Positions 18,903 to 29,956 of a stretch of 64,000 bases of DNA are shown in pieces; the first letter of the stretch is position 1, and each line of letters begins with the position of its first letter. The notes under the pieces were generated by a model that was not told the DNA's origin, did not search any database, and worked only from the letters and a program-made list of their open reading frames with translations. Made by a program: the position numbers and the translations under genes. This DNA comes from an uncultured delta proteobacterium (GTDB taxonomy: Bacteria > Myxococcota_A > Polyangia > Polyangiales > Houyiibacteriaceae): the NCBI GenBank assembly GCA_963699755.1, contig CAVOVB010000002.1, positions 704,001-768,000 of the forward strand. Reading direction: 5' to 3'.

Positions 18903-19961
18903 ATGGGCGAAGAAGCACAGCCGCAGGCAGAGACGAACGCAAATACTGCTTTTGCGCCGGGTTGGTACATCGCCGCGGCCAGCGAGGAAGTGGGATCGAA
19001 GCCGAAGCCGTTTTTGTTGAATGGATTACCACTGGTTACATTTCGCGACTCCACGGGACAAAGCGTGGCGCTGCTCGATCGCTGCGCTCATCGCAACGCG
19101 CCGCTCTCGGCTGGCCGTGTCGTCGCCGGGAACATCCAGTGCCACTACCATGGCTGGGAATTCGACGGTGCCGGCGCGTGCAAGGCAGTGCCTGGATTGT
19201 GCGGTGAGCCCGACCACCCCGGACGTCGCGTTCCTTCTTTCGCATGCCGCAATGCGCAAGGCTGGCTTTGGGTCTACTCCGAAGCCAACGTGGAACCCAA
19301 CGACGAGCCGTACGCCATCCCATGCGCGGATCAAAGCGAATACCTCACCATTCGAGAGCGTCTCGAAATGCCTGGGCCGCTCGATGCGGTTGCGGAGAAC
19401 GCGTTGGATGTTCCACACACCGCCTTCGTCCATGCTGGGCTCTTCCGCAAGAACAAGGATCGCAAGTCAATCGACGTCGTCGTCAGGACGCTCGAAGGGG
19501 GGGTCGAGGCTCAGTTCATCGGCGAACAGCGCCCCGAAGGCCTGGCAGGCCGCATCCTGGCGCCTCAGGGGGGCGAGGTGTTTCACTGGGACCGCTTCAT
19601 TCTTCCCTGCATCGCTCAGGTGGAGTACAGGCTGAGCGATCGCAGTCACATCATCGCCACCACCGCCCTGACACCGCGAACGCCGACCATCACGGACATG
19701 TTTGCCACGGTGGCTGCGAAGGCTCCGATTCCAAACCTGATCTTGCGTACCGTCTTCAGGGCGGTGGCCATGCGGATCCTCCGACAGGACATGGAAATCC
19801 TCCGGCGCCAGACTGAGCAGGTGGCGCGCTTTGGAGCCGAGGACTTCGCATCGACTGAAATTGACGTCCTCGGGCTCCGAATCAAGAAGCTTCTTCGCGA
19901 AGCGGCGAGCGGCCGACCCAGCAGCCCGCAGGACGAGCGCCGGATCAAAATGCTCGTTTGA
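18903..19961 (+). CDS. Rieske non-haem iron oxygenase alpha subunit (VanA-like)
   Basis: Rieske motif DRCAHR...CHYHGW, mononuclear Fe site ENALDVPHTAFVH, distal QD. Confidence 0.92.
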   Translation: MGEEAQPQAETNANTAFAPGWYIAAASEEVGSKPKPFLLNGLPLVTFRDSTGQSVALLDRCAHRNAPLSAGRVVAGNIQCHYHGWEFDGAGACKAVPGLCGEPDHPGRRVPSFACRNAQGWLWVYSEANVEPNDEPYAIPCADQSEYLTIRERLEMPGPLDAVAENALDVPHTAFVHAGLFRKNKDRKSIDVVVRTLEGGVEAQFIGEQRPEGLAGRILAPQGGEVFHWDRFILPCIAQVEYRLSDRSHIIATTALTPRTPTITDMFATVAAKAPIPNLILRTVFRAVAMRILRQDMEILRRQTEQVARFGAEDFASTEIDVLGLRIKKLLREAASGRPSSPQDERRIKMLV

Positions 19962-19987
19962 CGCCGATTGGTGTACCCTTGGAGTCG

Positions 19988-21184
19988 ATGGAGTCAGGGA
20001 AGAAGTCGGGCTCGACCTACCTCATCAAGAACCCGCCCTCAGACCGCGTGGAAGCGCCGAGCCCAAGCGATGCGCCCGCGTCGAATCCACCCAGCGGACG
20101 GTGGCGGACATCGAACCCACCTCCCGGAGAGAGCCCCGAGGCCAAGTGGTGGCCGGACCCCGAGCTCGGCCGGGCGTTTCGCCGCTGGACCGGAATTCCT
20201 CCGGCGCGAGGGGACGATGCGAAAGCAGTCGCCATGAAGTTCTTGATCGAACATTTGAACGTGGGCTTGCTGAGCGCTGTCGGGACGGCTCCCCGAAGTC
20301 TAGTGCCTCCTGAGCCGCCGGACTTCACGGCACGCGTCCACAACATGGTCACGCGGCTCGGAACGCACGGCCCAAACGAACAATCGCCCGACCACGGTGC
20401 GCTCCTCGCGATGGGGGACGAGGTGCTTCCGATCTTGACGGACCGCTTCCCAGGGCGGCTATGGTTCAGTCGTTGGGAGCCGCATGTAAACCCCCCTCGC
20501 GGTCGTAGCGTATCGGCCTTATGCAGAACGTTCGTCGCGTTTGGAGACTCGGCAGCCCCTTACCTTGCGGAGCTGCTCAAGTCGGACGAGCCCGAAATCC
20601 GCTACTACGCTACCTTGGTTGCCGCGGAGCTGCCTTACCCGAGCGTGATCGAGCCTCTAGCCGCAGCGCTCTTCGACGACGATCAAGGCGTCTCGCGGAA
20701 CGCGCTCGTTGCTCTGGAGGCGTTCGGCGAGCAGAAGGGTGTCGAGGGGCTCAAGGAATCGCTTCGTGCGCTTGCACTTGCATCCGATTCCGATCAGCGA
20801 TCGCGCTTGCTGGCGATGCGCGCGCTTGCGGTTCTTCGCGACGAAGAATGCATCGACGTGTTGATTCGCGCTCTTTCGGAGCACAGCGTCCTAGGCGAAG
20901 CCGCGTGGCGGGTCTTGCGCATGCTCACGGCCCAGGACTTCGGGAGCGACGAAGCTCAATGGCGGGCCTGGCATTCCGACAATCGCGAACGCGCGCGCCT
21001 CGAGTGGCTCATCGACAGCCTCGATCACGAAGAGCCCGAGATTCGCTCCATCGCATTCCGAGACCTCAAACGCGCTTCGGGACAGGACTTCGGCTATCGG
21101 GTCGATATGCCCGGCGACGCTCGTCGCGCGATCCAAGAGCGGTATTGGCTCTGGTGGTCCAGTCGAAACGATCCAGGCGAATAG
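19988..21184 (+). CDS. HEAT-repeat domain protein
   Basis: Repeated L..D.D..VR/IR..A..AL helices and the myxobacterial-style LTAQDFG...W..W motif. ATG follows GGAG. Confidence 0.7.
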   Translation: MESGKKSGSTYLIKNPPSDRVEAPSPSDAPASNPPSGRWRTSNPPPGESPEAKWWPDPELGRAFRRWTGIPPARGDDAKAVAMKFLIEHLNVGLLSAVGTAPRSLVPPEPPDFTARVHNMVTRLGTHGPNEQSPDHGALLAMGDEVLPILTDRFPGRLWFSRWEPHVNPPRGRSVSALCRTFVAFGDSAAPYLAELLKSDEPEIRYYATLVAAELPYPSVIEPLAAALFDDDQGVSRNALVALEAFGEQKGVEGLKESLRALALASDSDQRSRLLAMRALAVLRDEECIDVLIRALSEHSVLGEAAWRVLRMLTAQDFGSDEAQWRAWHSDNRERARLEWLIDSLDHEEPEIRSIAFRDLKRASGQDFGYRVDMPGDARRAIQERYWLWWSSRNDPGE

Positions 21185-21188
21185 CGCT

Positions 21189-21608
21189 TCAGCCGAGCAG
21201 CTGGGCCGCGAGCGACGAGGCCAGCTTTCCATCCACTTGGCCGGGGTAGCGGGCCTTGAGCTCTTTCATGACCGTTCCGAGCTCCTTCTTGCTGGAAAGA
21301 CCGAGCTCCTCGATGATCGCGGCGATCGCTTCGCGGGCCTCTCCTTCGCTGAGCTGCTTTGGCAGGTAGCGCTCGATCACTTCAATCTCGGCGAGCTCCT
21401 TGTCGGCGAGGTCCTGCCGACCACCTTCGACGTAGCTCTTGATGCTGTCCCGCCGGGACTTGACAGCCCGAGAAAGCACCGCCAGCTCGTCGGGCTCATC
21501 GAGCGTCAGGAGCTCGGACTTGATCATGCGAAGTGTGTCGCGGGTCACCTCATCTCGGGCGAGCATGGCCTTTTTGAGGTCGGCGTCGATCTGTTCACGG
21601 AGTGACAT
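21189..21608 (-). CDS. GatB/YqeY domain protein
   Basis: MSLREQIDADLKKAMLARD, GRQDLADKE, YLPKQLS, GTVMK...DGK. Confidence 0.93.
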   Translation of the reverse strand: MSLREQIDADLKKAMLARDEVTRDTLRMIKSELLTLDEPDELAVLSRAVKSRRDSIKSYVEGGRQDLADKELAEIEVIERYLPKQLSEGEAREAIAAIIEELGLSSKKELGTVMKELKARYPGQVDGKLASSLAAQLLG

Positions 21609-21631
21609 GACCGAAGCCTGGGCGCACCCGG

Positions 21632-22669
21632 CTACCCGCGCAACGCCTCGATCACCCGCAGCGCATTGCCACCGAGGATCTTGCGAATTCTGAGATCGGA
21701 CCAGCCGCGATCGAGCATCTCCTGGACCAGCCGAGGAAAGGCCCAGATCCCTGGCAAGTCCACCGGTGGAATGATGAAGCCGTCATAGTCGGAGCCAATC
21801 GATGCGTGGTCTTCACCGACGGCGTTCACGATGTGCTCGAGATGGTCGACCACAGTCGCAGCGGTCACGCCGCACCGGCCGAGGAAAGCGGCATGCATCA
21901 TGACGCCGACCGTGCCGCCACTGTCAGCGACGAGTGCAAGCTGCTCGTCGGTGATGTTGCGCCAATGCTCATAGACACCGGCCAACCCCGTGTGCGTCAC
22001 GAACAAGGGCTGCGTCTTGTCGTGTACCTCGACGGCGTCGAAGAAGCCCGGACGGCTGATGTGCGCGAGATCCACGCCGATACGAAGCTCGTTCAACCTC
22101 TCGACGTACGCTCGACCGAAGTCGGTGAGCCCTGCGCTTCGCCCCCCGCCCGGGGCGCTCGTGGCGCCAAGGCGCGAAGACGTCAGGTGAAGCAGAGTGA
22201 CCCGCAGGACGGACTGGTCGGCGAGCACGTCTAGCGCCTCGATGCCCTGGTCGAGCGCGTTGCCACCTTGAATGCCAATGAAGGCCGCGTGCTCACCGGC
22301 CGCCCGAGCCGCGCGGAACTCCGCCGCGGTCCGAACATGGCTAATCCCCGCTGCCTCGGTCAGCAGGGTCCGTAGGGCGATGAGGTTTCGTTCGAGTACC
22401 TGCCGTCGACGGCGCGAGGTCCGCACCGGATTGGTCGAGATGACCCAGGTCGCTCCTCCGAGGCCGATTTGCAGCGCGGTCGGAAAGTCCGCGTGCCCAA
22501 AGAAGCGGCGCCCGAAAAGGCCACCCCGATGAACGCGGCTGAGGTCGTAACCGAAGATCCGGCGCCAAACGAAGGACTCGATATGCAGGTCGATCGCGTC
22601 CGCACTGCGAAAGAGCGCGACGGCTTCCTCGGTGACTCCGAGCTCCTCAGCGATGTGAAACGCGTCCAT
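21632..22669 (-). CDS. Membrane dipeptidase (M19 family)
   Basis: IDLHIE, GLTDFGR, VDLAH, THTG, RNITDEQL, IGSDYDG, GGNALRV. Confidence 0.88.
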   Translation of the reverse strand: MDAFHIAEELGVTEEAVALFRSADAIDLHIESFVWRRIFGYDLSRVHRGGLFGRRFFGHADFPTALQIGLGGATWVISTNPVRTSRRRRQVLERNLIALRTLLTEAAGISHVRTAAEFRAARAAGEHAAFIGIQGGNALDQGIEALDVLADQSVLRVTLLHLTSSRLGATSAPGGGRSAGLTDFGRAYVERLNELRIGVDLAHISRPGFFDAVEVHDKTQPLFVTHTGLAGVYEHWRNITDEQLALVADSGGTVGVMMHAAFLGRCGVTAATVVDHLEHIVNAVGEDHASIGSDYDGFIIPPVDLPGIWAFPRLVQEMLDRGWSDLRIRKILGGNALRVIEALRG

Positions 22670-22873
22670 GGGAAGGCTTCCCTAACACGCCCGAAAGGAG
22701 ATCGCTGCCATCTCGGTTAGTTGGCCGAAATTGCTGAGAAGCGGCACTGTAAATCGCTTGTAAATGTCCGTTATCGTGCGCTTTCGTTTGACTCAGTCCG
22801 CCTCTGCACCCAGATTGGGCTCGGCCGGTTAGTTAAGTTGTAAACGGCTGAGGAAGCGAAAGGATATATAGAG

Positions 22874-24217
22874 ATGTTGTCGGCGACCACAGGAGCGACG
22901 AGTGGCAGGTTTACGGATTTGCTCAAGTCCCGTTCGATCAAACACGTGGTGGTTCTCGGCGCCAACGGCGCGATGGGCCTCGGAAGCGGCGCGCTGTTCA
23001 CGACGGCGGTACCGCGGGTCACCTTCTTGGCACGAACCAAAGAGAAGGCGGACGGCGGACTCGCCGCAGCCGTGAAGATGGTGCGTTCGAGCACCGTGGC
23101 GACGCGTGTCGATACAGGCAGCTACGACGCGGACTTCGATCGCGTGGTCGGAGAAGCCGACCTGATCTTCGAGGCGGTGACCGAGCAGCTCCCGCTCAAA
23201 CAAGAGTTCTTCGAGCGCATCGACGGGGTGCGTCGTCCTGATTCTATCGTCGCGACGGTGACCTCGGGTCTGTCGATCAATCAGCTTGCCGAAGGTCGTA
23301 GCGATTCCTTCCGCAAGAACTTCCTCGGCTTGCACTTCTTCAACCCGCCGAACGTCATCGTCGGGACGGAGCTGATCGCTGGCAAGGACACCGACCCCAA
23401 GCTGGTCGACTTTCTCGACGAGTACTGCACGAAGCTTCTCGGACGCGCGATGGTTCGCACCGCCGACACGCCAGGCTTTGCTGGCAACCGAGTTGGCTTC
23501 CAGTTGCTCAACGCGTGCGCGATTCTCGCCGAGGAGCACGGCCCTCTATTAATCGACGAGCTCATCGGCCCGTACACAGGTCGCGCCCTGACGCCGCTTG
23601 CCACGATCGACCTCGTGGGCTGGGACATTCACCGCGCCATCGTCGACAACATCTACGAGCTCGCCCCCGATGAGGCGCACGAGACGCTGAAGCTTCCGAG
23701 CTACATGGCCGACCTGATGGAGAAAGGCGTCCTCGGCCGCAAGACCGGCGCAGGCTTTTTTGGGAAGGACGACGCCGGACAGCGGATCGTGCTCGACCCA
23801 AAGACCCAGAAGTACGTTCCGAAGTCCTCGATTTCGCGGCCCGACCTCGGCTTCATCGATACGGTTGCAAACCTGCACCGTGTCGGCCGGTACGTCGACG
23901 GCATGCGCGCGTTCGCAGAAGCAACCGGCCCTTACGCGGCCATCGCGCAGAAGGTGATCGCTGGATATATCAGCTACGCGTTCCACAGAGTAGGCGAGGT
24001 CACCGACGACATCTCGGGCATCGACAGCATCATGGGGAACGGCTTCAACTGGGCCCCGCCAAGTGTCTTGGTCGACACGATCGGATTGAAGCGGACCGTA
24101 CAGATGATCGAAAAGGCCGGCCTTCCCGTGCCGCCTGCACTCGCCAACGCCCAAGAGGGCACAGCGTTTTTTGATGACCCACAGGTCAATGTGGGCAAGT
24201 TCTTCGTCGCCGCGTGA
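22874..24217 (+). CDS. 3-hydroxyacyl-CoA dehydrogenase family protein
   Basis: [45 protein letters not shown]. Confidence 0.9.
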   Translation: MLSATTGATSGRFTDLLKSRSIKHVVVLGANGAMGLGSGALFTTAVPRVTFLARTKEKADGGLAAAVKMVRSSTVATRVDTGSYDADFDRVVGEADLIFEAVTEQLPLKQEFFERIDGVRRPDSIVATVTSGLSINQLAEGRSDSFRKNFLGLHFFNPPNVIVGTELIAGKDTDPKLVDFLDEYCTKLLGRAMVRTADTPGFAGNRVGFQLLNACAILAEEHGPLLIDELIGPYTGRALTPLATIDLVGWDIHRAIVDNIYELAPDEAHETLKLPSYMADLMEKGVLGRKTGAGFFGKDDAGQRIVLDPKTQKYVPKSSISRPDLGFIDTVANLHRVGRYVDGMRAFAEATGPYAAIAQKVIAGYISYAFHRVGEVTDDISGIDSIMGNGFNWAPPSVLVDTIGLKRTVQMIEKAGLPVPPALANAQEGTAFFDDPQVNVGKFFVAA

Positions 24218-24239
24218 GCGAAAGGTTTTGGTGAAAGAA

Positions 24240-25475
24240 ATGGCACAGGTTCCAGACGTTTACATTCTCGGCGGCTACCAAACGGACTTTGCCCGTAACT
24301 GGAGCAAAGAGAAGAAGCATTTCGTCGCAATGATGCGAGAAGCGGTGCTCGGCGCGCTCGAGAAGACCAAGATCGAGCCAGGGGACATCGAAGTCGCTCA
24401 CACGGGCAACTTCGCTGCGGAGCTCTATAGCAAGCAGGGTCACCTCGGCGCTTTCTTCCTCGAGATCGACCCGGCCTTCAGCGGTCTGCCAACCTCGCGT
24501 CACGAAGCGGCGTGCGCGTCGGGCAGCCTCGCCATCCAGGCGGCGTCCGCAGAGATCGAAGCCCATCGCTACGACCTGGCCTGCGTAGTCGGTGTCGAGC
24601 AGATGAAGACGGTCGGTGCAGGCGAAGGTGGCGATTTCCTCGGCACCGCAGCCTGGTACGAGCTCGAGGCCAAGGGCATCGAGTTCCCGTTCCCGAAGCT
24701 TTTCGGAAAGCTCGGTGACGAGTACGACAAGCGCTACGGCCTCAAGGATGAGCACCTCGCCGAGATCAGCACGATCAACTACGCGAACGCCAAGCTCAAC
24801 CCGAACGCCCAGACGCGCACCTGGTACATGAACTACGACCACGCGATGAGCCGGGACGAGTTCAACGGAAGCATCGGCGGGCGCATCCACATCTCGGACT
24901 GCTCGCAGGTGACCGATGGCGCGGTGGCGGTGCTCCTCGCCTCGCCCACCTACGCCAAGAAGTGGGCCGCACGCATGGGCGTGGCCCTCGAGTCGATCCC
25001 CCGGATCAAGGGCTGGGGCCACAACACGGCGCGTATGCGTTTCGAGGACAAGGTCGCCGAAAGCGCGAAAGCAGAATACGTTCTACCGCACGTGCGGACC
25101 ACCGTGACCACCGCCATGAAGCGTGCCGGCATCGCCGACGTGAGCGGCATCGACGCGATCGAGACGCACGACTGTTTCACGACCTCCGAATACATGGCGA
25201 TCGACCACTTCGGCCTCACCGCCCCCGGCGAAAGCTGGAAGGCGATCGAAGCCGGCGACATTGCGCTCGGGGGCAAGACCCCGATCAACCCGAGCGGCGG
25301 TCTCATCGGAGCAGGCCACCCGGTCGGCGCGACAGGCGTTCGCCAGGTCCTCGACTCCTATAAACAGGTCACCGGTCAAGCCGGTGACTACCAGGTCGAA
25401 GGCGCCAAGAACGTGCAGACACTCAACATCGGCGGCTCCGGCACGACGAGCGTCAGCTTCGTCATCGGTACCTGA
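24240..25475 (+). CDS. SCP2-type thiolase (acetyl-CoA acyltransferase)
   Basis: [30 protein letters not shown]; the C-terminal LNIGG lacks the second Cys. Confidence 0.9.
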   Translation: MAQVPDVYILGGYQTDFARNWSKEKKHFVAMMREAVLGALEKTKIEPGDIEVAHTGNFAAELYSKQGHLGAFFLEIDPAFSGLPTSRHEAACASGSLAIQAASAEIEAHRYDLACVVGVEQMKTVGAGEGGDFLGTAAWYELEAKGIEFPFPKLFGKLGDEYDKRYGLKDEHLAEISTINYANAKLNPNAQTRTWYMNYDHAMSRDEFNGSIGGRIHISDCSQVTDGAVAVLLASPTYAKKWAARMGVALESIPRIKGWGHNTARMRFEDKVAESAKAEYVLPHVRTTVTTAMKRAGIADVSGIDAIETHDCFTTSEYMAIDHFGLTAPGESWKAIEAGDIALGGKTPINPSGGLIGAGHPVGATGVRQVLDSYKQVTGQAGDYQVEGAKNVQTLNIGGSGTTSVSFVIGT

Positions 25476-25489
25476 TCCCCGTCGGGAGA

Positions 25490-25513
25490 CACCGGGGTCG
25501 TCGGACCCCGGTG
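25490..25513 (+). terminator. GC-rich hairpin after the thiolase (terminator or processing stem)
   Basis: CACCGGGGTC-GTCG-GACCCCGGTG forms a perfect 10-bp stem. No U-tract. Confidence 0.5.
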
Positions 25514-25546
25514 GAAACTCTCCCCCCTGCCTGCTAGGACGGCGCG

Positions 25547-27262
25547 ATGCGATACTCGCGTGCCTTCATTCCGACACTCAAGGAAGTTCCCAAGGACGCG
25601 ACCATGCCGTCGCACGTGCTCATGCTACGCGCGGGGTACGCACGGATGGTGGGCGCGGGCATCTACGAGCTGCTGCCTCTGGGGACGCGAGTCCTTCACA
25701 AGATCGAACAGGTCATCCGTGACGAGATGGATGCAGCCGGAGCACAGGAGCTGCTCATGCCGACTTTGCTGCCTGGCGAGTACTTCAAGGAGACCGGACG
25801 CTGGGACTTGTACGGCCCGACCCTCTTTCGGATCAAGGACCGCAAGGGGGGCGAGTACCATCTGGCACCGACCCACGAGGAGATCATCACCGACCTCGTT
25901 CGTCGTGAGGTCAAGAGTTACCGACAGCTGCCGCTGAACTTGTATCAAATCCAGCTGAAGTACCGCGATGAGCCCCGGCCCCGCGCTGGGCTGCTCCGCT
26001 GCCGCGAGTTCATCATGAAGGACGCGTACTCCTTCGACGTGTCCGAGGAAGCAGCCCTGCGAAGCTACGAGCAGATGCGGGAGACCTATCACCGCATCTT
26101 CACTCGGCTTGGGCTCGAATTCCGCGTCGTCGCGGCCGATAGTGGCGCCATTGGTGGCAAGCAGAGCGCCGAATTCCAGGTTCTCGCGCAAACCGGCGAG
26201 GACTGGATCGTCGCTTGCGGCGCCTGCAACTACGCCGCCAACGCCGAGGTCGCGCAGGCAGGCCGAGCGACGCCTCCCACTACAACGTCGGCCGTCGCAG
26301 AGGCGATCGAAAAGGTCGAAACGCCGGACGCTCGATCGATCGACGAGGTCGTGGCCTTCTTTGGCGGTGAAACCACCGCAGCAGACACGCTCAAGTCGCT
26401 GCTCTATCTGGCCGGCGATGAGCTCGTCTTGGCTGTCGTTCGCGGCGACCACGAGGTCAACGAGATCCGCTTGGCTAGGCACCTCGGCGTCGAAGAGGTG
26501 CTGCTTGCGTCCGATGCCGCCGTGAAGAAAGCGACGGGTACGGAAATTGGTTTCGTTGGTCCGGTCGGATTCAGCGGGCGAATCATCGCCGATCCCGATG
26601 CAGCCGCGGTCCCGAACGCGATCGCGGGCGCCAGCGAAACTCCCTACCACTACAAGTCCGTCAATCACGGACGCGACTTCGAAGCGGAGCTGGTATCCAT
26701 CCGACAAGCTGTCTCCGGCGACCCATGCCCCAACTGCGATGGCAAGCTCGAGCTTTACCGCGGCATCGAGGGCGGACACATCTTCATCCTCGGCACTCAC
26801 TACAGCGAAAAGATGAACGCGGCTTTTCTCGATGAGGCAGGGAAGAGTCACTCGATCGTCATGGGCTGCTACGGCATTGGTGTGAGTCGCCTGGTCGCCG
26901 CGATCATCGAGCAGCATCATGACGATCACGGCATACGTTGGCCCGTCCAGGTCGCTCCCTATCAAGTGATCGTCACTCCAATCGGCAAAGATGAAGCGCC
27001 GCTCGCCAAAGCCACCGCAATCTACGAGGCGCTCCAGGCTGCCGGCATCGACGCCCTGCTCGACGATCGCTCAGAGCGACCCGGAGTCAAGTTCAAGGAC
27101 GCCGATTTGCTAGGGATTCCTCTGAGAATCACGGTAGGCTCACGGGGCCTCAGCCAGGGCACGGTCGAGATGAAGAAACGCACCGAAAGCGAATCGCAAG
27201 ACCTGCCGGTAGACGAGGCGGTTCCAGCGGCTTGGGCCGCCCTGGCCGAGCTTGGAGCCTGA
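25547..27262 (+). CDS. proS: Proline--tRNA ligase (bacterial type with insertion editing domain)
   Basis: LAPTHEE, YRDEPRPRAGLLRCREFIMKDAYSF, MGCYGIGVSR, GVKFKDADLLG. Confidence 0.98.
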   Translation: MRYSRAFIPTLKEVPKDATMPSHVLMLRAGYARMVGAGIYELLPLGTRVLHKIEQVIRDEMDAAGAQELLMPTLLPGEYFKETGRWDLYGPTLFRIKDRKGGEYHLAPTHEEIITDLVRREVKSYRQLPLNLYQIQLKYRDEPRPRAGLLRCREFIMKDAYSFDVSEEAALRSYEQMRETYHRIFTRLGLEFRVVAADSGAIGGKQSAEFQVLAQTGEDWIVACGACNYAANAEVAQAGRATPPTTTSAVAEAIEKVETPDARSIDEVVAFFGGETTAADTLKSLLYLAGDELVLAVVRGDHEVNEIRLARHLGVEEVLLASDAAVKKATGTEIGFVGPVGFSGRIIADPDAAAVPNAIAGASETPYHYKSVNHGRDFEAELVSIRQAVSGDPCPNCDGKLELYRGIEGGHIFILGTHYSEKMNAAFLDEAGKSHSIVMGCYGIGVSRLVAAIIEQHHDDHGIRWPVQVAPYQVIVTPIGKDEAPLAKATAIYEALQAAGIDALLDDRSERPGVKFKDADLLGIPLRITVGSRGLSQGTVEMKKRTESESQDLPVDEAVPAAWAALAELGA

Positions 27263-27266
27263 GCAG

Positions 27267-27461
27267 ATGTCCACCGACTCCGAGGCATACGAGACACCGA
27301 AGCGGCGCACGGGCTGGCTCCTGCTTGGCTTCTTACTGCTGGTCGGAATCGGTGTCGTCACCGTGCTGCAGCCCGAGATCGAAGACGAACCAGGCGAAGA
27401 TCTGGCTGGCGAAATCGAGACGAGCGAAGCGCGAGGACCCGACGAACCTTTGCAAGAATGA
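27267..27461 (+). CDS. Small single-pass membrane protein, hypothetical
   Basis: Basic patch, TM (WLLLGFLLLVGIGVVTVL) and acidic tail. Starts 4 nt after the proS stop. Confidence 0.6.
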   Translation: MSTDSEAYETPKRRTGWLLLGFLLLVGIGVVTVLQPEIEDEPGEDLAGEIETSEARGPDEPLQE

Positions 27462-27550
27462 AGCGTACAACGGCAGTTTGCGTATAACGGGGTGTGTCGG
27501 CAATTGAACCTTTGCGTTTCGAGTCAGAAATTTGTCATCTTATAGGGAAC

Positions 27551-29923
27551 GTGACTTCACGCGTTCTCATCGCATTGCCCTCGGTAGCGCTGCTCTTCGC
27601 ATCGCTCCCGGCTGCCGTGAACGCAGCTCCTGACGTGCCGATGTGTCTGGCGGATTCTGCTAACGTAAGCTTGGCGCCAACTGGGATCGGGCAATGGCGC
27701 GGACCGATGTGCGGTCCGTACTTCAGCGCCTTCGCGATCGGAGATGCACAACCGCCCAGGGCGCGCGCGATCGAGGCGTATCGTGAGGCCGGAGAGCAGA
27801 TCCTTGCGACGAACTACGACGAGGCCCGCCTGCAGCTCGACCTCGCCCATCGAGGCCTCCCGCGGATCAGCGACCGGATCGCACTGCAGATTGCCCGGCT
27901 CGAGCTCCTTCGGGGTCGACCCGAGCAGGCCGTAGAATTCTTCGCCGAAGCCACGCAAAGCCCACATGAATCGGTGCGCGTGGACGCAAGCTTCGGCCGG
28001 GTTCTGTCACTTCTGCGCGCGGACCATCCCGGCGCGGATCAGGCCCTCAGCGAGCTCGTATCGACGTACCCATCGATGCCCAATGGCGACGAGCTTCTCT
28101 TCGAGCAGGCGCAGAGCCTTCTGCGCCGGGCCCGCCTCGAGGAGGCGATGGCTACCATGCATACCATCCGCGTCGAATACCCCGGGGGTCGCACGGCAAG
28201 TTGGGCCGAATCCGAGCTTGCTCGCCTGAGGGCGGCCGGCCACGACGCTCCGTCGATGACAGACGAAGAACAGGTGCGCCGGGCGCGCCTCCTGGTTCGT
28301 AGCGGACCGCTCGATGACGCGAAAGCGACGATCGCGGAGCTGCTCGATCGCCCTCTATCAGGAACGCTGCATGCCGAGGTCCACTACCTGGCCGGTCGAC
28401 TCGCGCGCGACGAAGGCCGCTGGCAAGCCGCAGAAACGTACTTGCGAACGGCTCAACTGTTCTCCATCGAGAATGTAGCGACCGCACAACACATCGAAAA
28501 CCGCGCAAACGACATGGCGGCAACCGCGAGTGCGCGTGACCCCGAGCATGCACGCTTGCACCTGAGCAGTTTGCGAGCCGGTCGTTCCGACATCTCGATT
28601 CCAAGCAACCGGCTGGTCGAGATGGTACGCGTCGCCGCGGCCGCAGGGCTTCGAGAGGAGGTCGACGCTCTCCTCAGCTCCCTGAGCAAACGAGCCGCTG
28701 CACCATCCAACCTAGTCTTCGAGGCTGCGATGGCTGCCGTTGGCACCGGCCGCGAGGATCTGATCATCTTGCTTCTGGAAGACCTGGTGAAGCGTCCCGG
28801 CTCCCGCCACCGGACCGCGGCCCTCTACCATCTGGCCAGAGCCCACGAACGCGGGGAACGGCCTACCGAGGCCGCCCTCTTCTTTGCCCGTGCCAAAGCG
28901 GATGCCGAGCTTGCCGGAGACGATTACTACGCGCTTTGGGCGAGCAATGGGCTCGAGCGGGTCCAGGGCGGCACCCAGAGCACCGGACAAGAGGGGCTCT
29001 CGGACTCGAACACGCAAGCGTTACCCCGCCCACCGCGGTCCTCGAGCCGAGCGCTCGCGAAGAAGCTAGGGCCGATCGGCGAGCGGCACCTCGACAGCTT
29101 TCCTTGGATCGCGCGCGCGGTCGATCTCCTTCGAGTGGATGAGCCCGACGCGGCGACCGCCGAATTGTTCGAGGCGTACCTGAGCTGGCGCGATGCGCTC
29201 GGGAAACCCATCGCGAGGGCCGGATTGAACTGCGTGGCACGCGCAGACAGCCGTGCGCACGAACGGATTGCAAGTGACGTTCGTGCTGCGCGCCTCAGTC
29301 TCTCCGACGAAGATCGCGCCACGCTCTCCATGGTGGCCGCGACGCTCGGCGACATAGGAACGGCCGGTGGCTTTGCCGGACCCGACTTCGTCGAGAGCCG
29401 GCCGCGCGCCTATGAATGGCTCGTCGTACCCGCAGCGAACCGATACGGGCTCGACCCGAACCTCTTGCTCGCGGTCATGCGGGTCGAAAGCGCGTACCAG
29501 AAACACATCGTCTCGTACGCCGGCGCCGTCGGGCTCATGCAGATCATGCCGCGAACGGGGCGCCTGATCGCTCAGACGCTAGGCCGCGACGACTTCACAC
29601 CTGCCGAGTTGCTCGATCCGGGCCTCAATCTCGAATTCGCCGCCTGGTACCTGACCTCTTTGATCCGGCGGTTCGACGGGCGTCTCCCGCTGGCCATCGC
29701 TGCATACAACGGCGGGCCGCACAACGTGCGCCGCTGGATTCAAGCGGGCTCGGAGGAGACCCCGCTCGACGTCTTGCTCGAGCGGATTCCCTTCACCCAG
29801 ACTCACCGATACGTACGCAAAGTGTTGGTGCATTACGAGGCCTACCGGCAGCAACGTGAGCTCCCGATGCCGCAACTGTCAGTACAGCTACCCGAGCAGC
29901 GTATCGATCCGCTAGCCTTTTAG
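27551..29923 (+). CDS. Soluble lytic murein transglycosylase (Slt-like, TPR/helical plus SLT domain)
   Basis: Signal peptide, AVMRVES, GAVGLMQIMP, AAYNGG, IPFTQTHRYVRKV. Confidence 0.9.
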   Translation: MTSRVLIALPSVALLFASLPAAVNAAPDVPMCLADSANVSLAPTGIGQWRGPMCGPYFSAFAIGDAQPPRARAIEAYREAGEQILATNYDEARLQLDLAHRGLPRISDRIALQIARLELLRGRPEQAVEFFAEATQSPHESVRVDASFGRVLSLLRADHPGADQALSELVSTYPSMPNGDELLFEQAQSLLRRARLEEAMATMHTIRVEYPGGRTASWAESELARLRAAGHDAPSMTDEEQVRRARLLVRSGPLDDAKATIAELLDRPLSGTLHAEVHYLAGRLARDEGRWQAAETYLRTAQLFSIENVATAQHIENRANDMAATASARDPEHARLHLSSLRAGRSDISIPSNRLVEMVRVAAAAGLREEVDALLSSLSKRAAAPSNLVFEAAMAAVGTGREDLIILLLEDLVKRPGSRHRTAALYHLARAHERGERPTEAALFFARAKADAELAGDDYYALWASNGLERVQGGTQSTGQEGLSDSNTQALPRPPRSSSRALAKKLGPIGERHLDSFPWIARAVDLLRVDEPDAATAELFEAYLSWRDALGKPIARAGLNCVARADSRAHERIASDVRAARLSLSDEDRATLSMVAATLGDIGTAGGFAGPDFVESRPRAYEWLVVPAANRYGLDPNLLLAVMRVESAYQKHIVSYAGAVGLMQIMPRTGRLIAQTLGRDDFTPAELLDPGLNLEFAAWYLTSLIRRFDGRLPLAIAAYNGGPHNVRRWIQAGSEETPLDVLLERIPFTQTHRYVRKVLVHYEAYRQQRELPMPQLSVQLPEQRIDPLAF

Positions 29924-29956
29924 TGGCCTTCGAATAGGCTTGTGTCGGGGAAAGAA

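Noticed and set aside
18903..19961. Rieske protein as steroid 9-alpha-hydroxylase KshA
   Set aside because: The motif context looks VanA-like and I cannot support KshA orthology without a search.
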